Source of the DNA: Lepidodermella squamata
Lineage: Eukaryota; Animalia; Gastrotricha
Assembly (NCBI GenBank): GCA_047495785.1
Contig: JBLDXI010000032.1
Span: forward strand, 2,542,001 to 2,606,000
Direction: 5' to 3'
Length of the DNA stretch: 64,000 nt
A program made the position numbers and the translations under genes. Below are positions 1-12,141 of this stretch, in pieces (the stretch's first letter is position 1; each line of letters begins with the position of its first letter). The notes below the pieces were generated by a model, which was not told the origin of the DNA, ran no database searches, and worked only from the letters and a program-made list of their open reading frames with translations.

Positions 1-646
1 TCGGCGTGAGGCCATCGAAGTCGAGCGCGTTTAAATCGGCGCCGTATTCAACGAGTAGCTTCACCACGTCGGCCCGGCCGTAGTAAGCGGCTAGATGAAG
101 CGCAGTCGCCCCGCTGTAGTCGTCAACGTCATCTAACGAGGCGTTGGATTTGAGTAGTAATTGAGTACAAGCTAATTCGCCGTAAGCGCTTGATAAATGT
201 AATGGGAATCGGCCTAAATCGCCAGCCATAGATTTTGCACCGCATTTCAGCAACTTATCGACAACTTCAGGGTACCCCCAAGCAGCAGCACAGTGAAGGG
301 CTGTATTACCCGCATCGTTTCTAATATTTACATCACAACCCGCCGCTACTAATTCTTCGATTGCGGCTGGATTGCAGCATTCGACGGCTTTGAAGAGTCG
401 GGCGCAAAAATCGAGTTGAGCTTTGCCTGACGAACTGGTTTGAGCTTTCATAACAACTGGTTTCTTTGGATAGCCGTTTTGAAACAGGTCGTCAACGACC
501 ATTTCAGCAACATGTGGCACAACTTCGGTTGACACGCGGATCGAGTTGAATTGAACGTCGGCAGATTCGATGTAATTGAGCATCTGCAATGTTCTGAGGA
601 TTTTAGACTGCAAAAAGTCACTTTCACAGTCGGGCAGCAAATGAAA
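1..646 (-). CDS. Chimeric RNF216-N-like (CUE-like) + ankyrin repeat protein, copy 1 (runs off window; short first exon not located)
   Basis: Not in the ORF track. Hand translation from acceptor ttttcag at 647 gives FHLLPDCESDFLQSKILRTLQML...VAEMVVDDLFQNGYPKK, then ankyrin repeats GNTALHCAAAWGYPEVVDKLL, GDLGRFPLHLSSAYG, GATALHLAAYYGRADVVKLL; frame open to position 1. Confidence 0.85.
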
Positions 647-1950
647 CTGAAAAACAAGAAAAAATATTCGTTTTTATCTAGAGTGGAGCTTGTCTTAGAT
701 ATATATGTACGCGATTTCCCTGCTCGCACAAATGGGAATTAAATAGCTAATACTGTTAAATGGACACTCGCTACTTCAATCCAATAACAATCGACCTAGA
801 TCAGGTTCGGCGACGGTTGACTAGAATGAATAACTTTCTTAGTGCTCCCTCGAAAAGGTCAGCTATTCATTGCGGTTTCGTGCCCGTGTATTTTTGTCAG
901 CTTTTCTCTTCTGAGTACCGAACCGATAGATGTTGGTTGAAACGTCGCACGAATATATAACATCTTCATGAAATAAAATGACTCGAAACTGCACAAGTAT
1001 CTTGCTAAAATATCGTCTTTTCTCTTCTATTTCATTTTTTACTGACCTAATTGGCCGCTGATGGAAAGGACACCATAAAATATGTTATGTTTCTGTTTTT
1101 ATGTTCATCGCGCTGAGGTAGCTCAAACTATCGTTCTTCAATCGCTGGATATGGCCATTCTATCGCCGAAGTAATGGATGGCGCTGTGATATCACGCCAA
1201 GTTGATTGTAGAGTATGAAGATCTCGGAATCGCGGAGTTGAGATAGCCACAGGATATGCGTATCTATTCCCCATAGTTATGTGCGAATCAACATGACGTT
1301 GATGTTACACCACTTTGATAGCGATCAAGGAAGAAATAGGCCATTCACCCGCCACAAAACAATCGTTTTGTCTCGCTCGTAGTCAGGCGACGTTACTGTT
1401 TACATTACAAAGTCACTCTTTGGCAAATGCTCAGTCCTTTGGGCTTCCGCTTATGGGGTACTAGTTTCCGTCATCGACGATCGAGAAAAAGTCCTATTGG
1501 ATTGGCTATACCGCCACTGGCCACCGCCCAGAGTGGGTCCGTTCTAGATTACGCTTTGATCAACTTCGAAAGTTTCCATCGGATGGATAAGATGACCGTA
1601 ATAGATACTATGGACATTTCGGACCATCGATAGCCCGAGAAAAGCCCATCCTAGAGCGAATGCACATTGCACATTGACGAGAAAATCTTTGGTACAGAGC
1701 TGCGCAACATTCACCCTAACCCTAAAATCTAAACCTATGAACGAGCAGCCTCTTTTCAATAATTCGTGGCAATAAGATTTCTGCTTAAGAAGTTGAAAAA
1801 ACTTACGACTGAATTGAAAACTTCGGCCATCCCAAAACACTATCAACACAAAAATAAAACTCTATTCAATTAAAAAATTGCATATAAAGAAGAATCAGAT
1901 AATGAAAATTGGATTGAGTAAGAAATCATAACAAAGTTGGCACATTGAAA

Positions 1951-3435
1951 TTAATTCTTTGAGTATTTATCGAACATCTTGACAATTTTTGGTAGCTTTC
2001 CATTTATCGCAGCATCGACCGGCTTCCAGCCCAGTTTATCGACAATATCGAGTTTAGCACCAGCTTTCAACAACTTGCGAACAATTCTCCAGTAGCCAAA
2101 GTACGCGGCTAAATGAAGCGCTGTCGTACCTTCCCACTCGTCCACGGCATCAATTTTGACATCTCTACGCTTGAGTAAGATTCGAACGACTTTGAGATGA
2201 CCGAAAGAACACGCAGCATGCAATGGAGTACGGCCGCCTTCACCACATTCAATACGAGCATTGTTTTTAAGGAGATATTTGACAATATTTGGCCGGCCCC
2301 AGCTGCAAGCGTCGTGAAGTAAGGAGTTACCGTGTTTATCTTTCGCGTTCAAATCAATACCGACATGAGACAGCTGTTCAACCAGCTTCAGATCTCCGGC
2401 GCGCACTGCCAGCCGAAGTTTGCGATTCGAGCGACGAACTTGTTGTTTCAGCGCAGTTTCCAGCAATTTCTCATCGCTTATTTGTTCTTCCACTAGAGTT
2501 TGCGAATTGTTTTTATCCTTCAAAACACTACAAGACGCTGGTTGAGTTTTCGGGATGTGCAGCCCACAATTTTGTTCTCGAATTTCTGTGATTTCTCTCT
2601 CTAAATCACGATTGAAAATTTTCGTAATAATGATTGAAATACGAAGAGGTTCATTGACCGCGATACCCGATGAATCTAAAAAATCTCAAAATTTAACAAT
2701 GCATCGCTAAAAAAAATGGGAAATTATACCGGAAATAGTGATTTCATGTGACGAGTTTTTTGGCAGTAGGTGTTCCTTGGGATAAACAGGCTTCAAGGGG
2801 TCCACACAGAGTAGGTTGAAATCCTCGAAATACGGCTTGATCACATTCAGCAGGAAATTTCGAGTCTCTGTATACCTAGAAAGGCAAAGATTTCATGAAA
2901 ATTGCAAAACTGGGGCACGAAAATGCAAACTATTTTTCAAGGCCCGATTTTTTGAAAAGAGAACAGCGATGAGCAAGAAAGCAACAGACGAAAACAACAT
3001 GAGAAAGCTAGCTCGTGAATGAATTCTTTTCATATAAAAGCCATTCATTATTTAAATTTAGCTTATGAAAAATTTACAACGCCGGATAGCTTATTTATAC
3101 ACCAGCACAATAATAATAATAATAAATTTAGAAGCCGAGTGTTTTTTCAACAAAACATGAGGGCATTTCGCATGTCGCATGTGCGTAATGATTGTCTTGC
3201 ACTAAAAAATGCTTAAGGCCACCGAGATTGTTTACCTGTAACCTTGCATTGAGAAGGCCCGTTTAATGTCACGCGGCAAGATCCATCGGAATTCATTCAT
3301 CAACATCGCCTCTGCCTCGCATCGGTAGCTCAGGTCTCTAATACCGGTGATCGTAAGCGAATCCTTCGACAACAGCAAAGGATTGGATGGAACATATTCG
3401 ACCATGGCTGAAAACCGATCAAAATACCAGCGCAT
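1951..3435 (-). CDS. Chimeric RNF216-N-like (UBA-like) + ankyrin repeat protein, copy 2 (4 exons)
   Basis: Exons 3435-3236, 2875-2730, 2675-2643, 2600-1951 join in frame via GT-AG introns: EAEAMLMNEFRWILPRDIKRAFSMQGYR|YTETRNFLLNVIKPYF...VDPLKPVYP...VNEPLQREITEIRE, then ankyrin repeats (GEGGRTPLHAACSFGH, GTTALHLAAYFG). Start codon uncertain. Confidence 0.8.
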
Positions 3436-3601
3436 AATTTTCTATCATTGCCTATGTCATAAAAGATAACAACAATACCGCTATTGACAACTAATCGGAT
3501 AAAAATCTTAGTAGGAAAATATCGTAGAACAAAATAAAAAAATGTATGACAAAACAAGGATAAACGTCAGCGTTAGTCATAAAAATCTCGGAAAACCATT
3601 T

Positions 3602-4978
3602 TCACGTCTTGACTCTAGCGCTTGAAATCAAATCTTGAATAGCTTGATATTTCGCAACTTCAGGAGGTGACCGTCCACGCGAGTCTTTCACATCCAACTT
3701 GGCACCAGCTACAAGAAGGCAGGCGACGATTTCGTAGTAATTGAATGCAGCGGCAAGGTGTAACGGTGTCGCGTTGTCCCAGTGGTCCGGAGCATCTACC
3801 ATGAAAGATCTTTTGACAAGCGAACGAACAACGTTGAGGTGACCATGAGCACACGCCTTGTGCAAAGGGGTACGGCCGCCTTCACCCTGTGAATAGACAG
3901 CGCCGTGATTCAGCAAATACTCGACCACAGCCGATTGGCCCCAGGCGGCGGCATCGTGTAACGGCGTGTCGTTGAATTCGTTGCGCAGGTTCGGATTGGC
4001 ACCTTGCTTCAGCAACAGCGCCACGCGAGCCAGGTCACCCTTTTGAGCGGCGATGTGAAGCTGCGTGTCACCTTGTGATTTTTCAGGGGGATCGACAGCG
4101 CTCGATTTTGACTGCGAGACAGGCTCAATAGCACTGGTTTCGGCGGCCGATGTTATGCCGCTGTCCCTCGAAGAATTTAAATCTGAGCCAGAATTCTCTC
4201 CAACTTGCGGCGCCTCGCCATTTTTCTGTTTGTTGTAGATAGCCTCAATTTCACGCTTCAAAATCTGATCATTGACCTCCATTTTTCGTGATGCGCGGGG
4301 CGATAGAAGGATGTTGAAGACACCAAAGCCTGAAAATCCAAGATAACTGAAAATTTGATGTATTTTCAAAGAAAACGAACGAGGGTGTTTTAGTTTTCTC
4401 TCATTCTGATCAAGTAAAACCGGGCCATTCGGCCATTTCGGGTGAAGCGGATCGATAGAATTCTCATCGACATTACTGAGAAAGGGCTTGATCAACTCGA
4501 TTAGAAAATTTCGCGTTTCCGTGTAGCTGCAAATAAAGAAGCAACAAAAGGATGAAGAATCGCTGACAGATTCAGAAATTTCTCACGTTTTGTTGATGAA
4601 GAGAGCACGCTGGATACTATGAAGGTAGAACCACTTGAATTCGTTGCAAAGCAAAGATTCAGCCTCTCGATGGTAGAGGGCGAATCCGAGATAGCTCTGT
4701 TCATTCGAAGTTGCTCCGCTAACAGCAGGAGTCGCAAAAGGGTTACTGTTGCTAGGACGACTTTCCGGCTTTTCAGACGTGTTACCACCTTCCAATAATT
4801 CTTCAACAATTATGTGGACAATAGAGTTGATGGAACCACTCGGAACATCAACCGACTCCCATAATCCGCCCAAAGATTCGCCAGGGCTGGGCTTGGAGGG
4901 AAGGATTTCAAAAAGTCGTAAAGTTTGAATAACTTTCGCTCGCAGCAATTCTTGATCGCACGTAGGCAGCATTTCGAG
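3602..4978 (-). CDS. Chimeric RNF216-N-like (CUE-like + UBA-like) + ankyrin repeat protein, copy 3
   Basis: Exon 4978-4587 (LEMLPTCDQELLRAKVIQTL...EAESLLCNEFKWFYLHSIQRAL), 60-nt intron 4586-4527, exon 4526-3602 (YTETRNFLIELIKPF...QILKREIEAIY, ankyrins GDTQLHIAA, DTPLHDAAAWG, GEGGRTPLHKACAHGH, ATPLHLAAAF). A short upstream exon is likely. Confidence 0.85.
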
Positions 4979-5444
4979 CTAAAATGATGATTACATCATC
5001 AATTTCAGAGACTAGCAATTCAAATAAATTAAAATTCTGCTTCTCCTTTTTTCAAGATATTCCCGTAAGAAGATGACTTTCACACCGTTATTTATCGAGG
5101 AAAAATACCTAGGTAGGTTTGATTGAATCCATTTATTTCTATAATATCATGTCACGAAGTTGTAATATGTACAATATGTACAGTTTTGATTACATTTTGA
5201 AAAGAAACCAAGTATCCAAGGACTAAAATCGAGCATAAAAACGATAACTTACCACCGCTTTGAAAACAACGGCCATTTCTTTCAACAATGCTTATCAAAA
5301 ATTTCGAACGAAACTAGAAGAAAGACGGAAATTATGAAATTGAGCAACTTTACTGTGCAAATATTATCATGAAAGTCGCTTATTTCACAAATGCCATTCG
5401 ATAGTATGTAAAAATTCAACAAAATATTATTCGTCACAAATGAC

Positions 5445-6752
5445 TCAAGAGAGTAAAGCTGCCACGCCCACATGATTCGCCTTGCGAGCAGCATCCACCG
5501 GAGTCGATCCAGAACGATCTCGAGCATTCAAATTTGCGCCTCGCCTTACCAACTCAGCCACGGTATCTGAGTGGCCGGAATGCGCAGCCAGATGAAGGGG
5601 AGTTTCGCCATCAATGTCCCTCGCATTTACGAAAACTTCACCACTTTCGAGAAGAATCCGAGCAACCTCTACGTGGCCATTAGCACACGCTGAGTGAAGT
5701 GGCGTTCGTCCGAGCTCACCCGGTAAGCACATGGCGCCGTTTTCTAGCAAAATTTTTACAATTTCCGCAAACCCAAGACTGGAGGCTTCGTGTAAAGCGG
5801 TATTTCCGGTTACATCGACTTTATTGATATCAGACCCACTTGAGACTAGAGCGATAACAAGGTCGAGATCGTTTGATCGAACAGCTTCATGAATTGCCCA
5901 TTCCCTGAATGGGTTTTCGAGACCTTGAAGGGGTGTGGATGGACGCGAATTTCCAGCGACATCAATAGGAGCTATTGCTAAAATTCGAGTTTGTTCATTC
6001 ACAGGAGTAGGCGGAGTCCTTGCGACCTCATTCACAGGTTCAGGGTTAGAATTTCCCACATTTTCAATCGGAGCGATGGAGACGATTCGAGTTTTCTTCA
6101 AAGGCGTGATGGCTTTGGATGGCCCAGGTATTTCGTCTTCCAGGTGCCCTTCCATACCACGTGAATCATTCGAGTGAACCGAGTTGTCAGGCGTAGCGAA
6201 TTCCGTGGAAAGTGTAGTATCCTGACAGTTTGGAGGCTCGTCAGCCGAATTTTCTCCGTTAGGGAAATTGAGCACACTATCATCAATTCGTTCACTCAAG
6301 CGATTTTCCGAGTCGTGAACGTGATTCATAATGCTTGGGGAAGGTTTCACTTCAAGGTATTCCACGTCGTCGACTGGTTCATCTTTTACATGCAGGTCAC
6401 ACAAGCTATGCCGCGGGCGCTTTGATGATATAATTGGCAACGAAGTTGCTCTTTTCTTCTTTTTGCCAGAATTATTCGCATTTGCTAATGGAAATCCGTT
6501 GTTAAGTAAGTCGTCAACGACTATTTGAGATAGCTCCGTTACTTCATCACGATGGATTCGAATGCCGGTGAAAGAATCGCGTTCAACGGCTCCAGATTTA
6601 GCGTAACCAATGTCTTGCAAAAACTCCAAGATTTTCCGCCGCAAAAACGTTTCTTCAACATTAGGAATTAGATCACTCTGAAAGAAAACAACATAAAACA
6701 CTGAAAATGGGGCTGTTACGGAACAGACCACGCGTCTAAAAATAGCTGACAT
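5445..6752 (-). CDS. Chimeric RNF216-N-like (CUE-like) + disordered linker + ankyrin repeat protein, copy 4
   Basis: ORF 5445-6752 with a probable in-frame 51-nt intron 6728-6678, giving MSAIFRRV|SDLIPNVEETFLRRKI...IVVDDLLNNGFP. C-terminal ankyrins GNTALHEAS, GELGRTPLHSACANGH, GETPLHLAAHSGH. Confidence 0.85.
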   Translation of the reverse strand: MSAIFRRVVCSVTAPFSVFYVVFFQSDLIPNVEETFLRRKILEFLQDIGYAKSGAVERDSFTGIRIHRDEVTELSQIVVDDLLNNGFPLANANNSGKKKKRATSLPIISSKRPRHSLCDLHVKDEPVDDVEYLEVKPSPSIMNHVHDSENRLSERIDDSVLNFPNGENSADEPPNCQDTTLSTEFATPDNSVHSNDSRGMEGHLEDEIPGPSKAITPLKKTRIVSIAPIENVGNSNPEPVNEVARTPPTPVNEQTRILAIAPIDVAGNSRPSTPLQGLENPFREWAIHEAVRSNDLDLVIALVSSGSDINKVDVTGNTALHEASSLGFAEIVKILLENGAMCLPGELGRTPLHSACANGHVEVARILLESGEVFVNARDIDGETPLHLAAHSGHSDTVAELVRRGANLNARDRSGSTPVDAARKANHVGVAALLS

Positions 6753-7576
6753 TTCAGGTCGAAACGATCATGAGTTTTTTGTGATGTCGCTCCCTCAGCT
6801 AAATGTAACGTAACAGATATTCTAAATTTGAAATAAAATCAACATAGACTGCTTATTTGTTCACTCAGAATATCCATTTTCTTTTTTATTCGCCCGATAT
6901 ATACGGATGGGCCGATGCTTGATTATATGAAAGCATATAACGCATAAACGTTGTTTTTATACACCGGATTGGCAAGAATTATCCGACATGAAACCATAAA
7001 AAAAAACTAAATTTCAAGCGGATTTCAAAGAAATATGCCGCCTTTGAAGCGTACCGCAACGTAGTCTTATTTTGTTCAATATTTTGTTGCGATATATTCT
7101 AAAAAGGAGGTTTCATGGTAGATAATTCTCGGCAACATTATTGAGTTTTTATGACTTGCATTTCGTCGAGGTGTAAACATATATATTTGTTACGTAGACA
7201 TACCATCGGTATCAAAATTTGAATTTATACTACATGTTTATCAATATATGAAAACAAAGATTAGACATCATAACAAAGACTGGATGTTCAACAACCCATT
7301 GATAACACAGTTTCGAAGAGTTCGAAGTATTGGTATATAATATATTCATCTCATAGCAGACATTATCTCACAGGGGCTAATCGATAGACTGATTCGAAAC
7401 AAATTAAGCATATTTATCGGATTTGAATAGTCAGTGTTGAACGGAAGACACTTTTATGCAAGACCCTGGGTAGGAAAATTCGAACTGAGCAGTTTCTGTT
7501 GCTTTTGAGCAATTCCGTCATCGCCACCAGAAGACTAAAATTGACAAATAATTCGTTATGATCATGAATCGCAACC

Positions 7577-9285
7577 TCAAAAGCAGCTTACTTCTAATTG
7601 GCGTTTACGATCAGGCGTGAGAATCCCTGATGAACTAGCTTCGCTCAGTTTAGCTTCGAGCAATTTCTTCTGTCGAGCCTCGCACTCTTGCTGCCGCTGT
7701 TTTTTAGCCTCCTCTTCAAGCGCTTTAATGCGCAGCTGATCAGCAGTTGCAGGGTCAATCCAAAGTGAGCATTTCGTGCATTTTGTGCAGCTCTTTCCTG
7801 GATCGCGAACGTCTTTGCAAAAATGTTCGTAGCCAATGTTGGGCGCTCGGCAGACGTAGCACATAGTTCCACCACAGGAGCACGTCATCTTGTTGCAACC
7901 TTCCGTTTTGACTATTTCGGTATTGCATTTGGGACACTGTCGGATCAGAGCCTTCGTCATTTCTTCTTCGTAAGCGCGGCGAAGTCGAGTTTCAGACCGG
8001 CCTTCGACTTCCTCGCAAGATTTTCCGAAATGTTCTTTATCCCACGGCTCTTGGCACCGTCGACAAGAGGCGAACTTGCAGCTGGCGCAAATCAATACTT
8101 TTTCGTTTGCTTCCAGTTGATACTGTGTCTGACACTTAGGACAACGAACTAGGTCAGCCAATCCTGAGGCAGTCACATTGTAAGCGCTAATTCTTTCTTC
8201 GAGTTTTTCCATCTCTTCAGGCGTTACTTTGCAACAGAGCATAGCTATGAGGCGGGACAATAGATTCTAAAATAATTACTCGAAGCCAAATTGTTGACGA
8301 CTTACATCTAGGGAAACTCGCATCACACGTGTTCTCCATGCATTCAAGGTAACCGTTCTTGACTCCGACTTCAATTTTGACTTTCACGTACTGGTTCAAG
8401 CAGTCTTGGCAGAATAAATGGCCCTCGGCGCACGCAACAAGAGACTCAAATGTCGTGTCGGTGTAACAACACTGGCAAGCAATCAGCATAGCTTCACTCT
8501 CATATTCTTCGAAATTCAATTTTTCTGCTAAGGTTTTGTCCTTCGATTCGCGGAGCTGGTATATCGCTTGGATTTCGGCGAGTAAAGCGGGATTTTGAAC
8601 ATTTATCCGACGCTGATGGCGAGAACTGGAGAGCAACTGAAGTCGACCATAGGCTATCGAAAGACAAATCAAATTTTCAAAGTTTTCAATTTCGACATCA
8701 AATTTACTCGGATGATTGATGGCACGATCAGCAATCGATAAGCGATGAGGATAATTACTCGGCTGGACCGGGTCGACAATTTCAAAATTGAAATTTCCAA
8801 CATATGGCGTAATAATTTCCATCAAAAGTCCACGAGCTTTGGAATAGGTTCCGCCACGTCTGAAAATTCGCTGGATAGCGCTCAGATAGAACCATTTGAA
8901 CTCATTTTGGAGCAACTGAATAGATTCATCGTTGTATTGCTAATCGAAATACAATTAAAATCACAGTTTGAAATAAGTTCTAAATACCGACCTGATAATT
9001 TGCCGGAATATTTGGAATGGGCAAGTTCGCCGGTATAACGGGAGCTGGAGGTGGAGGCAAAACTTCAGGTTCCCGCTCGTAGCCATTATTTAAAAATCGA
9101 TCAATAACGATGGTAGTGAATTCCTGGACAACGTCTTCGGGTAATACGATGCCATTCAACTCAGCATTAACAGGAACTTGGGCGATTCCAAACTCATTGA
9201 TCATGGTAATGATTGTTTCGCGCAGGAAACGATCTGCTATGTCCGGCATAATGTCCCGACAGGAGTCATAAATGGCTTGAGCCAT
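7577..9285 (-). CDS. RNF216: RBR-type E3 ubiquitin ligase, RNF216/TRIAD3-like
   Basis: Exons 9285-8992, 8939-8306, 8244-7577. RING1 (IACQCCY...CAEGHLFCQDCL), IBR (CPKC...CASCKFASCRRCQEPW..HFGKSCEE), EEEMTKALIRQCPKC, RING2 KTEGCNKMTCSCGGTMCYVCR, C-terminal HFC...CSLW typical of RNF216. Confidence 0.88.
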
Positions 9286-9329
9286 GGAGTTTAATTAATA
9301 CCAGGACCTAAAATTACAAAAATAACTTA

Positions 9330-9970
9330 AAATTTCTATCAATTTAATGTGAAAAGAAGATTCGGGCGAAAATTGGCAGGGATGAGAAATGAGCAGTTTT
9401 ACGAGATCATTTGTTTTTGGCTTCATAGAATGCTTTCCCCGCCTCAATCAAAGCAGTCAGAGGAATTTCAGAGAGCAAGGATTTGCATTGGTCAGCGATT
9501 TCGCACTGCGCGAGCTCAGCACAGACTGTGTTTGAAGCAACCGAGGCTTGCTTGGCGAATTTCTGAAAAGGAGTATACTGATAATGGAATAGCTCGCAGC
9601 CAATAAATTCCTCTCACCGAGTTCGTGAGCAGTTCTCGCAATCCGTCGACATGACCATCTAACACAGCCGAATTAGTAAACCCACCATCGGCGCTAGATA
9701 GAACATTGGCTTCTCGGAGCACCTTGCAGTTTCCGGGCAGAGCATGGGAGCTGGACTGTTGCGGCTTACGCGATTTCTCAGAATTAATAGCAGCTTCCGC
9801 AATTGTTGCATCGAGTAAGGGGTCTGGCACTATTTCTGCAGGCTTGCTAACAGCGGATATCAGAACTTTTCTTGGCTGTCATAATCAAAGTTACGTTTTA
9901 ACTAAATATCAAGAGAAAACCCTACCAATTCGCTTTGGCCTTGTGTGGAAATAGGGCGGAGGGTTCGCAT
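9330..9970 (-). CDS. Possible small uncharacterised spliced gene
   Basis: Open frames joined by plausible phase-0 introns (MRTLRPISTQGQSEL|PRKVLISAVSKPAEIVPDPLLD...LRELLTNS|KFAKQASVASNTVCAELAQC...). No motif recognised; boundaries approximate. Confidence 0.3.
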
Positions 9971-10330
9971 TTGCTAAATGAGTAATATCTAAAGTGGTTG
10001 ATTTCATTAGGTAATATCGGCGTCATCAATTAGCATTGAAGTAGCTCGAGTAAGTACTTAAAATTGAATCACTTTCGAAGAATATGACTAGAAGAACAGA
10101 TCAAATGGATAATGGGACTAAGAAATCGTCAGGTTCAGAGAATATCATCCAAGATAAAATTCAGAAGTGATCTAAAAATAACAGTAACCGCGAATTCATT
10201 TCATTCATACGTCAACTGTTTGAAAGTAAAATATGTCTAACGTCATGAAATACTTGAGCGAGTATATTTGAGCAAATGTCATGTTCAGCTTCAACATTTG
10301 GAATGGTTCCGATTCCAATTTGTCAATCCA

Positions 10331-10819
10331 TCACTTTTCTTCACACCACTCGTTTTCCTTGCGGATCTGCTCTTCTTCTTGGGGTGTGAAATCGTTCTTA
10401 ATGTTGAAAGTTTTACGAATGTCCTCCGGGGTTTTGCCCTTGATCATGTTGGCAACAGTTTTGCAGCATACGTCCAGCAGACCCTTGATATCCAAATAGT
10501 TCGCAGCTAAAATCAATTCAAATAGAGTTCCTTGGTCAACTTTCAGAAATTCTTGGTCCCAAACTGGAATGTCATCTGTGCGTTTCTCTTTGTTCATGTC
10601 ATCTTCTGCCAGGGGCGGGTCGTCCTTGTGATTAGTGCACCACTGGATAACCTTTTTCAAGGTAGCCGAGTTAACATTTTGAAGAGGAACGGGCTCGTCA
10701 TCTTCTTCAGCAACATGAAGATCCTCCAGCATAGTCTTGATTGTAACAGATAAACGCACAACATCACGGTCGACAGAAATAACATCACCATCGGCACTCT
10801 GCAATTTGATATTCGGCAT
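10331..10819 (-). CDS. SKP1: S-phase kinase-associated protein 1 (SCF adaptor)
   Basis: Closely matches metazoan Skp1: MPNIKLQS...[39 protein letters not shown]...ENEWCEEK; intronless CDS. Confidence 0.98.
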   Translation of the reverse strand: MPNIKLQSADGDVISVDRDVVRLSVTIKTMLEDLHVAEEDDEPVPLQNVNSATLKKVIQWCTNHKDDPPLAEDDMNKEKRTDDIPVWDQEFLKVDQGTLFELILAANYLDIKGLLDVCCKTVANMIKGKTPEDIRKTFNIKNDFTPQEEEQIRKENEWCEEK

Positions 10820-11299
10820 GATAGCAATGAATTATCAGTAGTTAGCTATAGAAACTGAAAAATGTGAAATTCGGAAGTGATCGGTAACGAGAGTAACAAG
10901 AAGAAATATGCTAAACGTTGCCGGGCTTTGTAGGTGTAGGTTGTAGCAAAGGCAATAGAGCATGAAAGTAAAGCATGAGACACACGACGACGCCATGCAA
11001 AGCTGAACATGAGTCAAGGGTCAAGGGAGAATGCTCATCAGGGAATGAAGAACAGAGAAGAGGTAACCAAGTAAAAACGTTAAATAGAAGGTACATGAGT
11101 ACCTGAAAACGGAAGAATAGATAAACAACAAACTACATAGAACATAGAACGTAAATCAACGCCGAATACTCGCGACGAACCGGCAAACTGCTAAACACCA
11201 GTTGAAACTTAACTTAGAACTACAATTCCAGTCAAAGGCAGTGGGGTGTTTGAGATTGAAAATGAGTCAACATTCAACGTGAACCTTTGGGGGTAGATA

Positions 11300-11800
11300 C
11301 GAGGAAATGGCTCACCTGATTGGGCGCAAAAACCTGAGATATTTCAAAAATTTAAAACTCAAAAAGTTGATTGTTGGCTAAAGCTATAAAACGTTTTGCG
11401 AAAAAATAATAGTAATTTATTAAAATTTCCGTTGATCTTGCATTTCAGTTTGCGCGGGACTTATTGTTAGTTTTTTGCAGTGATCTTTTTTCTTGTCCCG
11501 ATCTGCTGCTTCCGCACTTGATAGGTTTGAGGTTAAGGCTTTTTTCCTTCTTGGATCGGTTCGCAGATCGGTATAAGCTGGTTATAGCCTGAATTGTCAA
11601 TAGTTACAATCTCGAATTACTTATATAATGATGGACACCTTTTCTCTGAAAAACATGTGTACGCCAATTTTGGGAAAGTCACTTGCTTGTATTCCAAGAT
11701 TTGCGTTATAATTTAGGTGGTTGCAGGTGATCTGTGATCTGTGATCTACTGCCTCTTTTGATCACTGCTGTTCTGCAGCCGATGAAAACTGTCGTTAAAA
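11300..11800. promoter_or_regulatory. Probable bidirectional promoter between SKP1 (minus block) and NDUFB10 (plus block)
   Basis: Strand-divergence point; contains ATTGG (reverse CCAAT) next to GGCGCAAAA, and an E2F-like TTTGCGCGGGA at about 11449. Inferred from gene geometry. Confidence 0.4.
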
Positions 11801-12141
11801 CTGCAGGACAAAGTTAGGGCTTAAATTCGAATTTTTAAGAGAATTACCTTGATGAGGAATCTTAAATACTAGGATAATTCGTATTATTTCGGCAGTGAAA
11901 TAGCTAGAGTTTCCAGTCTCTTATGATTTGTCTATGGCTTCAACATAATGATCGCATAGCTCTCATTATATTTATTTATCTCACAATTAATAGCTTGACT
12001 TGGAATTGTGTTTTTCCCCTTTCGTGAAGTCAACCACAAAGTAAATGTTTACGTACTAACTACTAACTGTCTGCATTTTGACTTACCATTCGAATTGATC
12101 CATCATTCTGTTTAGGACGTTAATCTATCAGCTGTGGGAAA

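Noticed and set aside
1711-1738. Telomere-like CCCTAA repeats
   Set aside because: Only two perfect units; compatible with chance.
1090-1850. Short ORFs between ankyrin copies 1 and 2
   Set aside because: All frames I tried are interrupted by stops and show no recognisable domain; possibly decayed sequence.
11773-11830. SECIS-like ATGA...AAAA stem (considered because of the in-frame TGA in A2)
   Set aside because: No matching 3' GA quartet, not in a 3'UTR and far from the TGA.
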